25,077 nt of DNA from an uncultured Anaerolineae bacterium (GTDB taxonomy: Bacteria; Chloroflexota; Anaerolineae; S140-20), in NCBI GenBank assembly GCA_964607235.1, contig CAZSJU010000012.1:1-25077 (forward strand), written 5' to 3'. The notes beneath the pieces are model-generated. The model was not told where the DNA came from. It saw only the letters and a program-made list of their open reading frames with translations, and made no database searches. The position numbers and the translations under genes are program-made. Position 1 is the first letter of the stretch. Each line of letters starts with the position of its first letter. Positions 1 through 6,472 of the stretch are shown in pieces.

Positions 1-349
1 CCGGGGGGTTGGGCACTTGGAACAATTGCAAGGCCTCCTGGCCCAACGCCGGCGCCGCGTCCGACCCGACGCGGCCCTGAACCGTCTGCAACGCGGTGAT
101 CAGGTAGGTCCAAAAACGAGGTGGTTCATTGTCGTCGGCGTCCAGTGATAACCAGGCTACCCGTTCGCGCCGCCCTTCCACCCACCCGCTCAACAAGGTG
201 GTTTTGCCAAAGCCGGCCGGTGCCGAGACGAGCGTCAGCCTTTGCCCCTGCTGCAGTCCTCCTTCCAGCCGCTGCATCAGGCGTGGACGGGGCACCAGGT
301 TCGGCGGCGGCGGGACGTAGAGTTTGGTGGTCAAGAGTAGCGCGGTCAT
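1..349 (-). CDS. LuxR/MalT-family STAND (P-loop) transcriptional regulator, N-terminal portion; the gene continues beyond the window start
   Basis: Minus-strand translation from ATG (complement of 347-349) gives MTALLLTTKLYVPPPPNLVPRPRLMQRLEGGLQQGQRLTLVSAPAGFGKTTLLSGWVEGRRERVAWLSLDADDNEPPRFWTYLITALQ. This matches the MalT N-terminus pattern: L.P...V.R.RL, then P-loop APAG(Y/F)GKTTL, then AW(L/Y)SLD..DN..RF..YLI.A.Q. No stop occurs in the window, so it is absent from the ORF track. Confidence 0.6.
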   Translation of the reverse strand, partial: MTALLLTTKLYVPPPPNLVPRPRLMQRLEGGLQQGQRLTLVSAPAGFGKTTLLSGWVEGRRERVAWLSLDADDNEPPRFWTYLITALQTVQGRVGSDAAPALGQEALQLFQVPNPP

Positions 350-390
350 TGTGTCTCTATATTAGCACGATTTAGCCGGTGCTCAAAGTG

Positions 391-482
391 CCCCCCCTCT
401 AACTCCCCCCAACAGGGGGGAGAACTGGGCGCGTCGTCACGGGCGCCGATCTTTCCCCCCGTGGGGGGGAACTGAAGGGGGG
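391..482. repeat. Cluster of C/G homopolymer tracts forming two short G/C hairpins in the divergent regulator/nurA promoter region
   Basis: Seen directly: C7 at 391-397, C6 at 405-410, loop aaca, G6 at 415-420 (hairpin 1). C6 at 455-460, gt, G7 at 463-469 (hairpin 2). G6 at 477-482. Additional GGG at 427-429 and 441-443. Flanking motifs agaactg and aactgaa are similar. Confidence 0.5.
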
Positions 483-493
483 CGCCAACCTAC

Positions 494-522
494 TTGACGC
501 ATGCGAACAGACGTGCTATAGT
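494..522 (+). promoter_or_regulatory. Sigma70-like promoter for nurA-like operon: TTGACG, 17 nt, TATAGT
   Basis: TTGACG at 494-499, 17-nt spacer at 500-516, TATAGT at 517-522. SD-like gagagggg at 538-545, 4 nt before ATG 550. Confidence 0.4.
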
Positions 523-549
523 CCCTTCCATATCTTTGAGAGGGGCACG

Positions 550-1746
550 ATGACGCTAAATCTGTCCGCGTTGACGGCGGACGTCGAAAAGATGGGCGAG
601 GTGCTGGTCCAACTGGACCAGGCGCATCAAGATTTGTTAAAGGTGGCCCAAGAGCGCTTGGAAACCTATGCCGAGGCGCACGCGGCCATTGAGGAGCGGG
701 TGCAGCTCACCCGCCGGCAGAACTTGCACTGGCGCGGCGCTTATCTGGCGGGTGAAGAGCCGCTGAACGCGCGCCATCCCGCCCCGCCGATGCCGCCCCG
801 CGTGGATGTCATTGCCAACGACGGCTCCCAGGTGCCCATCGACCCCCACGCCGCCGCGCTGTATTATGCCATCAACATTGGGACGATCATTTACCCCTAT
901 GGCGCCGATCGGGCGCCCACCGTCGACAGCGACCCTAGCCTGCATTTTTACGAGGAAGACTTGATGGAGCGGGGGTACTTGATCCCCAACGCTGTGGTCA
1001 ATGCGCGCCGCACGGTCCGCGAGCTGCAGCGCCTGGCCGACCTGGGCGCCGCTTATGCCAAGTTAGAGACGCCCTCCGCGCTGTTGAGCGACGGGCCGCT
1101 GATGTGGGTGCAGCCGGGCGACACGCCCCAGGCGCGGCGGCAGAATCTGAAACCGTATCTGGAGAATTTTGAGCGTTTGCGGGACGCGCATGCGACGTTG
1201 GGCGGATACGTGGACCGGCCACGCAGCGGTGGGGTGCTGAGCCTGTTGCACCTGCTCAGCCTGGAACTGGAGCAGATCGACAAAGACCGTCTGGCCGAGA
1301 ACGACCTGGCCGGCCTGACCGACGCACGCCTGTTCGCCACGCTGTTGGGGCCGGGTGAGCGCTCGGCGCTCTTTATCCGGCAGTCGCCCACCAACCGCAA
1401 TTACGCCGACGACGGGCACGAGATCTGGCATTGCTACGTCAATGTGGGCGCGGTAGAGCGGCGGCCGCTGATCGCGCGGCTAGAGATGCCGTGCTGGGTG
1501 GCCCAAGACCCGGCCCGACGCGATCTGCTGCACGCTGTGGTGTGGCAACAGTCGCGGGTGCTGGGTGGTTACCCTTATGTGTTGGCCCGCGCCCACGAAC
1601 TGGCCGTGATCTCGACCGACGAGCGGCGCGACCTGGAAGAGATGGTCGTCGGCGCGCTGCGCCGGCGCGGGCTGGACGCGCGCCCCTCAGAGAAGGCCTG
1701 GCAAAAACAAATGACCGGGGGCGCCAGGAGGAGACATCACTTATGA
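550..1746 (+). CDS. nurA: NurA-like 5'-3' nuclease (putative HerA partner)
   Basis: 398-aa ORF. Contains VIANDGSQVPID, which is a NurA motif-I-like xDGS with a catalytic Asp candidate. Also a downstream acidic EEDLMERG segment and a second LLSDGPLM (DGxL) motif, with spacing roughly as in NurA. Context: translationally coupled to the downstream ORF and followed by an unambiguous HerA. Assignment by eye only. Confidence 0.5.
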   Translation: MTLNLSALTADVEKMGEVLVQLDQAHQDLLKVAQERLETYAEAHAAIEERVQLTRRQNLHWRGAYLAGEEPLNARHPAPPMPPRVDVIANDGSQVPIDPHAAALYYAINIGTIIYPYGADRAPTVDSDPSLHFYEEDLMERGYLIPNAVVNARRTVRELQRLADLGAAYAKLETPSALLSDGPLMWVQPGDTPQARRQNLKPYLENFERLRDAHATLGGYVDRPRSGGVLSLLHLLSLELEQIDKDRLAENDLAGLTDARLFATLLGPGERSALFIRQSPTNRNYADDGHEIWHCYVNVGAVERRPLIARLEMPCWVAQDPARRDLLHAVVWQQSRVLGGYPYVLARAHELAVISTDERRDLEEMVVGALRRRGLDARPSEKAWQKQMTGGARRRHHL

Positions 1747-2354
1747 GCACAGGGGATCAACAGTTCATGGTAGGGCGCGTGCTGCGCTCTAGCATTCGCG
1801 GGTTCATCATCGCCTCGCGCATTCCCGAGCCTGACGTGCCGGTGTTTGGCGCCTTTGTGCGGGTCAAGGTGCAGCAAGGGGCCACCGACCTGATCGGCCT
1901 GGTGTACGACATCCAGGTCGCCGACGATCCCTTTGTGCGCCAGTTGGCCATGCAAGAAGAGCCCGACGAGGTGGCGCTGGCCGACCAGCGCGAGATCCGT
2001 GGGGTGCCCATTGAGGTGAGCGTGCTGGCGGTGGGCTATTGTCAGGACGGGATCATCTTGCATGGTCTGCCGCCTCAACCGCCGATCATGCTCAACCGCA
2101 TCTTTGTGTGTGACCCGGCGTTGGTGCGCGACTTTAGCGCGCGGCTGGATTTCTTGCGCCTGGTGTACAATAGCCGCGAGGTGCCGGCCGACGAGCTGCT
2201 TGTGTCCAGTTTACAGTTGGCGGCCCAGGCCCGCCCCCAGGCCGAGCGCGCGCCGTTTTTGATCGGGGCCGGCCGCGAGTTGGCGCGGCTGATGGGCGCC
2301 GACCCGGTGCGCCTGGAAGCGCTGCTGAGACGATTGGGCCAGGTGGTGGCTTGA
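1743..2354 (+). CDS. Hypothetical 203-aa protein between nurA-like and herA; possible stand-alone HAS-barrel-like fold
   Basis: ATG at 1743 overlaps the nurA stop (ATGA at 1743-1746). SD aggaggag at 1727-1734. N-terminus MVGRVLRSSIRGFIIASRIPEPDVPVFGAFVRVKVQQGATDLIGLVYDIQV shows the same alternating hydrophobic/Gly pattern as the HAS-barrel at the HerA N-terminus (PLGVIVGG..AVGRYVVVEGRTGRRFFSMINDV). The ORF track start at 1431 lies in another frame inside nurA and is rejected. Confidence 0.55.
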   Translation: MSTGDQQFMVGRVLRSSIRGFIIASRIPEPDVPVFGAFVRVKVQQGATDLIGLVYDIQVADDPFVRQLAMQEEPDEVALADQREIRGVPIEVSVLAVGYCQDGIILHGLPPQPPIMLNRIFVCDPALVRDFSARLDFLRLVYNSREVPADELLVSSLQLAAQARPQAERAPFLIGAGRELARLMGADPVRLEALLRRLGQVVA

Positions 2355-2595
2355 GCGGCGATTGAAATCGCGGCAACCGAAACCCGCCTGCGCAGGTTGA
2401 CACAGTGACCTGGAACGTCAATTTTTAACGCAGAGACGGGGAGATGCAGCATGTTTGAGGGACAGATGAAGAATTTTGCCGTGGATGAGAGACCAAGCTT
2501 TATTGGGCGACATGGCGCGCAGAGCATCAAGGCTAACATAAAGGGTCCTTGCGCCTTTGCGTTGGGTTTTTTGTATTGGGCACAGGAGAGTGGGG

Positions 2596-4320
2596 ATGAC
2601 TGAGGAGCTAGAGGGCGCTATTGAACAGCCGGTCGAAGAGCCGGAAGACCTGGACGCGTGGTTCCCGCGCGCGCCCGAACCGCCGCCCGCGCTGCCGTTG
2701 GGCGTGATCGTCGGCGGCTGCCTGAGCAAGGGGTTGGATGTCAAACTGGACCGGCGCGCCGTCATCGAGGGGTTGGCCGTGGGGCGCTATGTGGTCGTGG
2801 AGGGCCGCACAGGGCGGCGCTTTTTCAGCATGATCAACGACGTGGCGCTGGACAGCACCAATCCGTTGCTCGAAAAGTATCCGCCGGCCGAGGAAGAGGC
2901 GTTCGTGCGCCAGGTTTACGCCGGCACGATGACTTTTGGCCGTTTGCACGTCGTCCCCATGCTGGTGATGCAGCCCGACGAGGATGAACCGCGCCCGGTC
3001 AAGACCATCCCGACCCATTTTGCCCCGGTGTACGAGGCCAGCGCTGAGGACGTAAGCTTGATCTTTGGCGACGCGGCGCAAGAGGGCTATTTTCAAATCG
3101 GCGAGCCGCTCGAGATGGAGGGTATCCCCGTGGCGCTGGACCTGTCCCGCTTTGCCGAGCGCTCCAGCGGCATCTTTGGCAAGAGCGGCACCGGCAAGAC
3201 CTTTCTCACGCGGCTATTGTTGGCCGGTTTGATCAAGCAGGGCCAGGCGGTCAATCTGGTGTTCGACATGCACAACGAGTATGGTTGGAAGAGCCAGGCC
3301 GAGGACCGGGCCGAGGTCAAGGGCTTGCGTCAATTGTTCTCCGGCGGCCAGGTCAGCGTGTTCACGCTGGACGACGAGTCGAGCCGGCGGCGCGGCAGCA
3401 AGACCGATTTCACCGTGCATCTGGGCTACGAGCAGATCGAGCCTGAAGACGTCGAGATGGTGGCGGCGCTGATGGGGTTGAGTGACATCCAGATCGGCGC
3501 GCTCTATTTTTTAAAGCGACACCTGGGGCGCGCCTGGATCGCGCGCTTGTTGGACGAGGACGACCCATTGGACGACCTGGGGCAGGCGTTGGAGCGCGGC
3601 AGCCTGCACGCCGGCACGTTGGGCGCCATCCAGCGCAAGCTGGGGATGTTTCGACGGTTTGGCTTTTTGCGCGAGCGTGTCACCGATGACCCGGTGCGGC
3701 GCATCCTGGATTATTTGAACCAGGGCACAAGCGTCATCCTGGAATTCGGGCGTTACGGCAACTCGCTGGAGGCTTATTTGCTGGTGGCCAACTATATCAC
3801 GCGCCGCATCCACGCCAACTATGTGCACCGCAAGGAAGCCGCCCTGGGCCGCCAGGCCGACGAGCCGCGCCAACTGGTGATCACCATCGAAGAGGCGCAC
3901 AAATTCCTGGACCCGCTCATCGCGGGACAGACCATTTTCGGCACCATCGCCCGCGAACTGCGCAAGTACAATGTGACGCTGCTGATCGTGGACCAGCGAC
4001 CCAGCGGCATCGACCCCGAGGTGATGAGCCAGGTCGGCACGCGCGTCACCTGCCTGCTGGACGATGAGGCCGACGTGCGCGCCGTGCTGTCCGGCATTTC
4101 AGGAGCAAGCCAGTTGCGCCAGGTGTTGGCGCGGCTGGACACCCGTCAGCAGGCGCTGATCATGGGGCACGCGGTGCCGATGCCGGTGGTGGTCAAGACC
4201 CGCGCCTATGACGTGGACTTTTACGCCGCGATGGGCTATGCGGCGTCGGTGGACCCGGGCGAGGTGCTGGCGCGCAACCGGGCGTTGCTGCGCGGCGACG
4301 CGGACGAGCAGGGGATTTAG
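2596..4320 (+). CDS. herA: HerA-type ATPase/helicase (FtsK-HerA superfamily, DUF87-like)
   Basis: N-terminal HAS-barrel-like segment. Walker A GIFGKSGTGKTFLTRLL. HerA-typical VFDMHNEYG (D-p-H-G-E-Y). Walker B LVITIEEAHKF. VTLLIVDQRPSGIDPEVMSQVGTRVTCLLDDEAD (HerA QRPS...D motif). Start chosen at ATG 2596 (SD aggagag at 2585-2591, 4-nt spacer). The alternative upstream ATG 2557 has no SD. Confidence 0.8.
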   Translation: MTEELEGAIEQPVEEPEDLDAWFPRAPEPPPALPLGVIVGGCLSKGLDVKLDRRAVIEGLAVGRYVVVEGRTGRRFFSMINDVALDSTNPLLEKYPPAEEEAFVRQVYAGTMTFGRLHVVPMLVMQPDEDEPRPVKTIPTHFAPVYEASAEDVSLIFGDAAQEGYFQIGEPLEMEGIPVALDLSRFAERSSGIFGKSGTGKTFLTRLLLAGLIKQGQAVNLVFDMHNEYGWKSQAEDRAEVKGLRQLFSGGQVSVFTLDDESSRRRGSKTDFTVHLGYEQIEPEDVEMVAALMGLSDIQIGALYFLKRHLGRAWIARLLDEDDPLDDLGQALERGSLHAGTLGAIQRKLGMFRRFGFLRERVTDDPVRRILDYLNQGTSVILEFGRYGNSLEAYLLVANYITRRIHANYVHRKEAALGRQADEPRQLVITIEEAHKFLDPLIAGQTIFGTIARELRKYNVTLLIVDQRPSGIDPEVMSQVGTRVTCLLDDEADVRAVLSGISGASQLRQVLARLDTRQQALIMGHAVPMPVVVKTRAYDVDFYAAMGYAASVDPGEVLARNRALLRGDADEQGI

Positions 4321-4348
4321 GGTAAAATGGACGCAGGGAGAAAAAGAA

Positions 4349-4374
4349 AGGTTTTTAGCAAAAACCTGGTTTCC
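4349..4374 (+). terminator. Intrinsic-terminator-like hairpin downstream of herA
   Basis: Perfect 8-bp stem aggttttt (4349-4356) / aaaaacct (4360-4367), loop agc, followed by ggtttcc. About 30 nt after the herA stop. Confidence 0.45.
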
Positions 4375-4418
4375 GTGGCGCTACATTGAAATACTTTTGT
4401 ATACAAGGAGGTGGACGG

Positions 4419-4709
4419 ATGGCGGAATCAACGGGGAAATCGTATGCGGCCGAGTGGGAGACGTGGACTTTGATCCCGGCCGGGGCGGGATGGATGTTTG
4501 CGGTGGGCATCATTGAGCAGAGCGGGCGGCGGCGCGTGCGCGTGGCCAAGGGCAAGGTCAAGGTGGCCGAGTCCGGCGAGTTGCCGATCTCGCAACAGTC
4601 CAAGTTTAATCTCAAACCGGCCGATTGGAAGCCCCTGCGGGAGGCGATCGACCGCTATGTCGCCCAACTCGCGTCTGAGACTGGCGAGGACGTAGTCAAA
4701 GAGGCATAG
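4419..4709 (+). CDS. Hypothetical small protein (97 aa)
   Basis: ATG at 4419 preceded by strong SD aaggaggtgga. MAESTGKSYAAEWETWTLIPAGAGWMFAVGIIEQSGRRRVRVAKGKVKVAESGELPISQQSKFNLKPADWKPLREAIDRYVAQLASETGEDVVKEA. Contains a hydrophobic segment. No recognisable family. Confidence 0.5.
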   Translation: MAESTGKSYAAEWETWTLIPAGAGWMFAVGIIEQSGRRRVRVAKGKVKVAESGELPISQQSKFNLKPADWKPLREAIDRYVAQLASETGEDVVKEA

Positions 4710-4767
4710 GGGGGGAGGATGTTATTCGAACGGATCGTTTCTCCAGGCCTGGCCGGCTGGAGGATTA

Positions 4768-4803
4768 GGTGACCGGCGCCTGCCAAAGGTGCCGGTCACC
4801 TTT
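4768..4803 (+). terminator. GC-rich 13-bp hairpin followed by TTTGG (possible terminator for the 97-aa gene)
   Basis: ggtgaccggcgcc (4768-4780), loop tgccaaa, ggtgccggtcacc (4788-4800). 13 bp with one G-U pair. Followed by tttgg. Confidence 0.3.
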
Positions 4804-4809
4804 GGCGGT

Positions 4810-5225
4810 CAAAGGAATCCCATCAGTCAGGATGGCGCGGTAAAGGGGCAGGCGGGTGCGGCCTATCTCGGCCCAGCGCTCCGGATCAGTGGTATTGCGT
4901 AGCTCAAAGGCTCTGCCGTAAGCGTGACTGTCCTGCGTCGAAAATATGCCCGGCTTGACCAAGAGCTCTCTGAAAGCAGCTAGCACACCAGAGTGTTTGT
5001 TCCGTGTCAGATCTAGGGACAAAAGTAAAGCTGTGGCTGCATAAAAGAAAACGTAATAGACCCGATTGATAGCGACATCGTAAAGTCGCCGTCGAGACCG
5101 TATTGTGCGCTTTGTAATGCGTCTCGGGCACCGTTGATATAGGAAGCTACTGCTTCTTTATTGATGGGCTCTTGTTTTGCGTCCACGGTGTTAACAGTAT
5201 AGTAGTATATCTGGGTTTAAAAGGC
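4810..5225 (-). pseudogene. Low-GC segment with frame-disrupted minus-strand ORF remnants (possible decayed gene or foreign DNA)
   Basis: GC drops visibly relative to the flanks. Minus-strand translation gives ...VDAKQEPINKEAVASYINGARDALQSAQYGLDGDFTMSLSIGSITFSFMQPQLYFCP* without an ATG. Two other minus ORFs (4765-5022, 4904-5131) lie in different frames. No intact gene can be assembled. Confidence 0.25.
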
Positions 5226-5230
5226 AATAC

Positions 5231-6457
5231 ATGGAGAAAATAAGGCTCCTACATTTCGCAGACTTGCACATCGGCATGGAGAACTATGGCCGGCTGGACC
5301 CCAAGACCGGCATCAGCGGGCGCGTGCTCGACTTTGTGCATCGCCTGGACGAATTAATCGACTATGGCCTGGCGCATGACGTCGATCTGGTGGTTTTTAG
5401 CGGGGACGCTTTCAAGACGCGCGACCCCAATCCTACTTACCAGCGTGCCTTTGCGCGGCGCGTCAAGCGCCTGACCGACGCCGGCGTGCCGTTGGTGCTG
5501 TTGGTCGGCAACCACGACATCCCGGCCATGGTCAAAAAGGCCAACAGCCTGGACATCTTTCATATTCTGGCGGTGCCCAACGTGATTGTCGGCCGGCAGG
5601 ATGAGGTGCACCGCATAGAGACCAAGCGCGGCCCGCTGCAGGTGGTCACCGTCCCCTATCCGGTGCGCTCGCGGCTGTTGGACCATCCCGAGTACCGTGG
5701 GTTAAGCATGGCCGAGTTGGATCAGACGCTGCGGCAGGTCGTCACCGAGTTGATCGGGGCGTTGCGCGACCAGTTGGACCCGGACCTCCCAGCGGTGCTG
5801 GTCGGGCATTTTAGCGTCGCCGGGGCAGTGTGGGGCTCGGAGCGCAGCGTGATGCTGGGGCGTGACGTGGTCGTGCCCAAATCTGCGCTGGCGGACCCGG
5901 CCTTTGATTACGTGGCGTTGGGCCATATTCACAAGCATCAGAACCTGAGCGCGGGGGAAGTCGGCGTGCCGCCGGTGGTCTATGCCGGCAGCCTGGAGCG
6001 CATCGACTTTGGCGAAGAGGGCCAGACCAAGGGCTTTTGCTGGGTCGAGCTGGCGCGCGGCGCGACCGAATGGCAATTTGTCCCGGTCAAAGCGCGGCCT
6101 TTTCGCACCATCCGCGCCGACGTGCGCCAGGCTGAAGACCCTACTCAGACCGTGCTGGACGCCGTCGCCGGACATGACATAGCTGACGCGGTGGTGCGGC
6201 TGATCGTCCAGACCACGCCTGAGGCCGAGGCGCGCCTGCGCGACAAGGAGATCCAAAAGGCGCTGGCGCCGGCCAACTATTTGGCGGCTTTTGTCAAAGA
6301 GACTGAGCATCAAGAGCGGGTGCGTCTGGGTGACGTGGCGCCCGAGTCGTTAACGCCAGCCGAGCTGTTGGCGCTTTACCTGGTGGCCAAAGAGACGCCG
6401 CCAGAGCGGGCCGAGATGCTGTTAACGTATGCCGAGACGCTGTTTCAGGCGTCGTGA
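5231..6457 (+). CDS. sbcD: SbcD / Mre11-family DNA repair exonuclease (calcineurin-like phosphoesterase)
   Basis: MEKIRLLHFADLHIGMENYG...VVFSGDAFK...LLVGNHD...GHIH. These are the canonical Mre11/SbcD phosphoesterase motifs I-IV, plus a C-terminal capping domain. Confidence 0.9.
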   Translation: MEKIRLLHFADLHIGMENYGRLDPKTGISGRVLDFVHRLDELIDYGLAHDVDLVVFSGDAFKTRDPNPTYQRAFARRVKRLTDAGVPLVLLVGNHDIPAMVKKANSLDIFHILAVPNVIVGRQDEVHRIETKRGPLQVVTVPYPVRSRLLDHPEYRGLSMAELDQTLRQVVTELIGALRDQLDPDLPAVLVGHFSVAGAVWGSERSVMLGRDVVVPKSALADPAFDYVALGHIHKHQNLSAGEVGVPPVVYAGSLERIDFGEEGQTKGFCWVELARGATEWQFVPVKARPFRTIRADVRQAEDPTQTVLDAVAGHDIADAVVRLIVQTTPEAEARLRDKEIQKALAPANYLAAFVKETEHQERVRLGDVAPESLTPAELLALYLVAKETPPERAEMLLTYAETLFQAS

Positions 6458-6472
6458 GTCGGGAGAGGACGT

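Noticed and set aside
121-375. Plus-strand ORFs 121-375 and 129-320 at the window start
   Set aside because: Antisense to the well-supported MalT-like regulator N-terminus on the minus strand. Typical spurious open frames of high-GC DNA.
637-1431. Minus-strand ORFs 637-945, 998-1222, 1053-1400, 1063-1431 inside nurA
   Set aside because: Antisense, Arg/Pro/Ala-rich translations with no SD. GC-driven artefacts.
1431-2354. ORF-track start at 1431 for the second gene
   Set aside because: The first 104 codons overlap nurA in another frame and have an Arg/Ala-rich junk composition. ATG 1743 has an SD and ATGA coupling.
2358-2395. CRISPR-repeat-like motif attgaaatcgcggcaaccgaaac
   Set aside because: Single copy only. 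No spaced direct repeats anywhere in the window. No cas genes.
2608-4142. Minus/plus alternative-frame ORFs inside herA (2608-3096, 2658-2987, 3511-3900, 3819-4142 etc.)
   Set aside because: They overlap a motif-confirmed HerA frame. Low-complexity translations.
4765-5131. Minus ORFs 4765-5022 and 4904-5131 as real genes
   Set aside because: Mutually different frames. No SD. The 3' end of one is occupied by a GC-rich hairpin. Treated as remnants of a decayed gene instead.
5354-6313. Minus ORFs 5354-5686 and 5702-6313 inside sbcD
   Set aside because: Antisense to a motif-confirmed SbcD.
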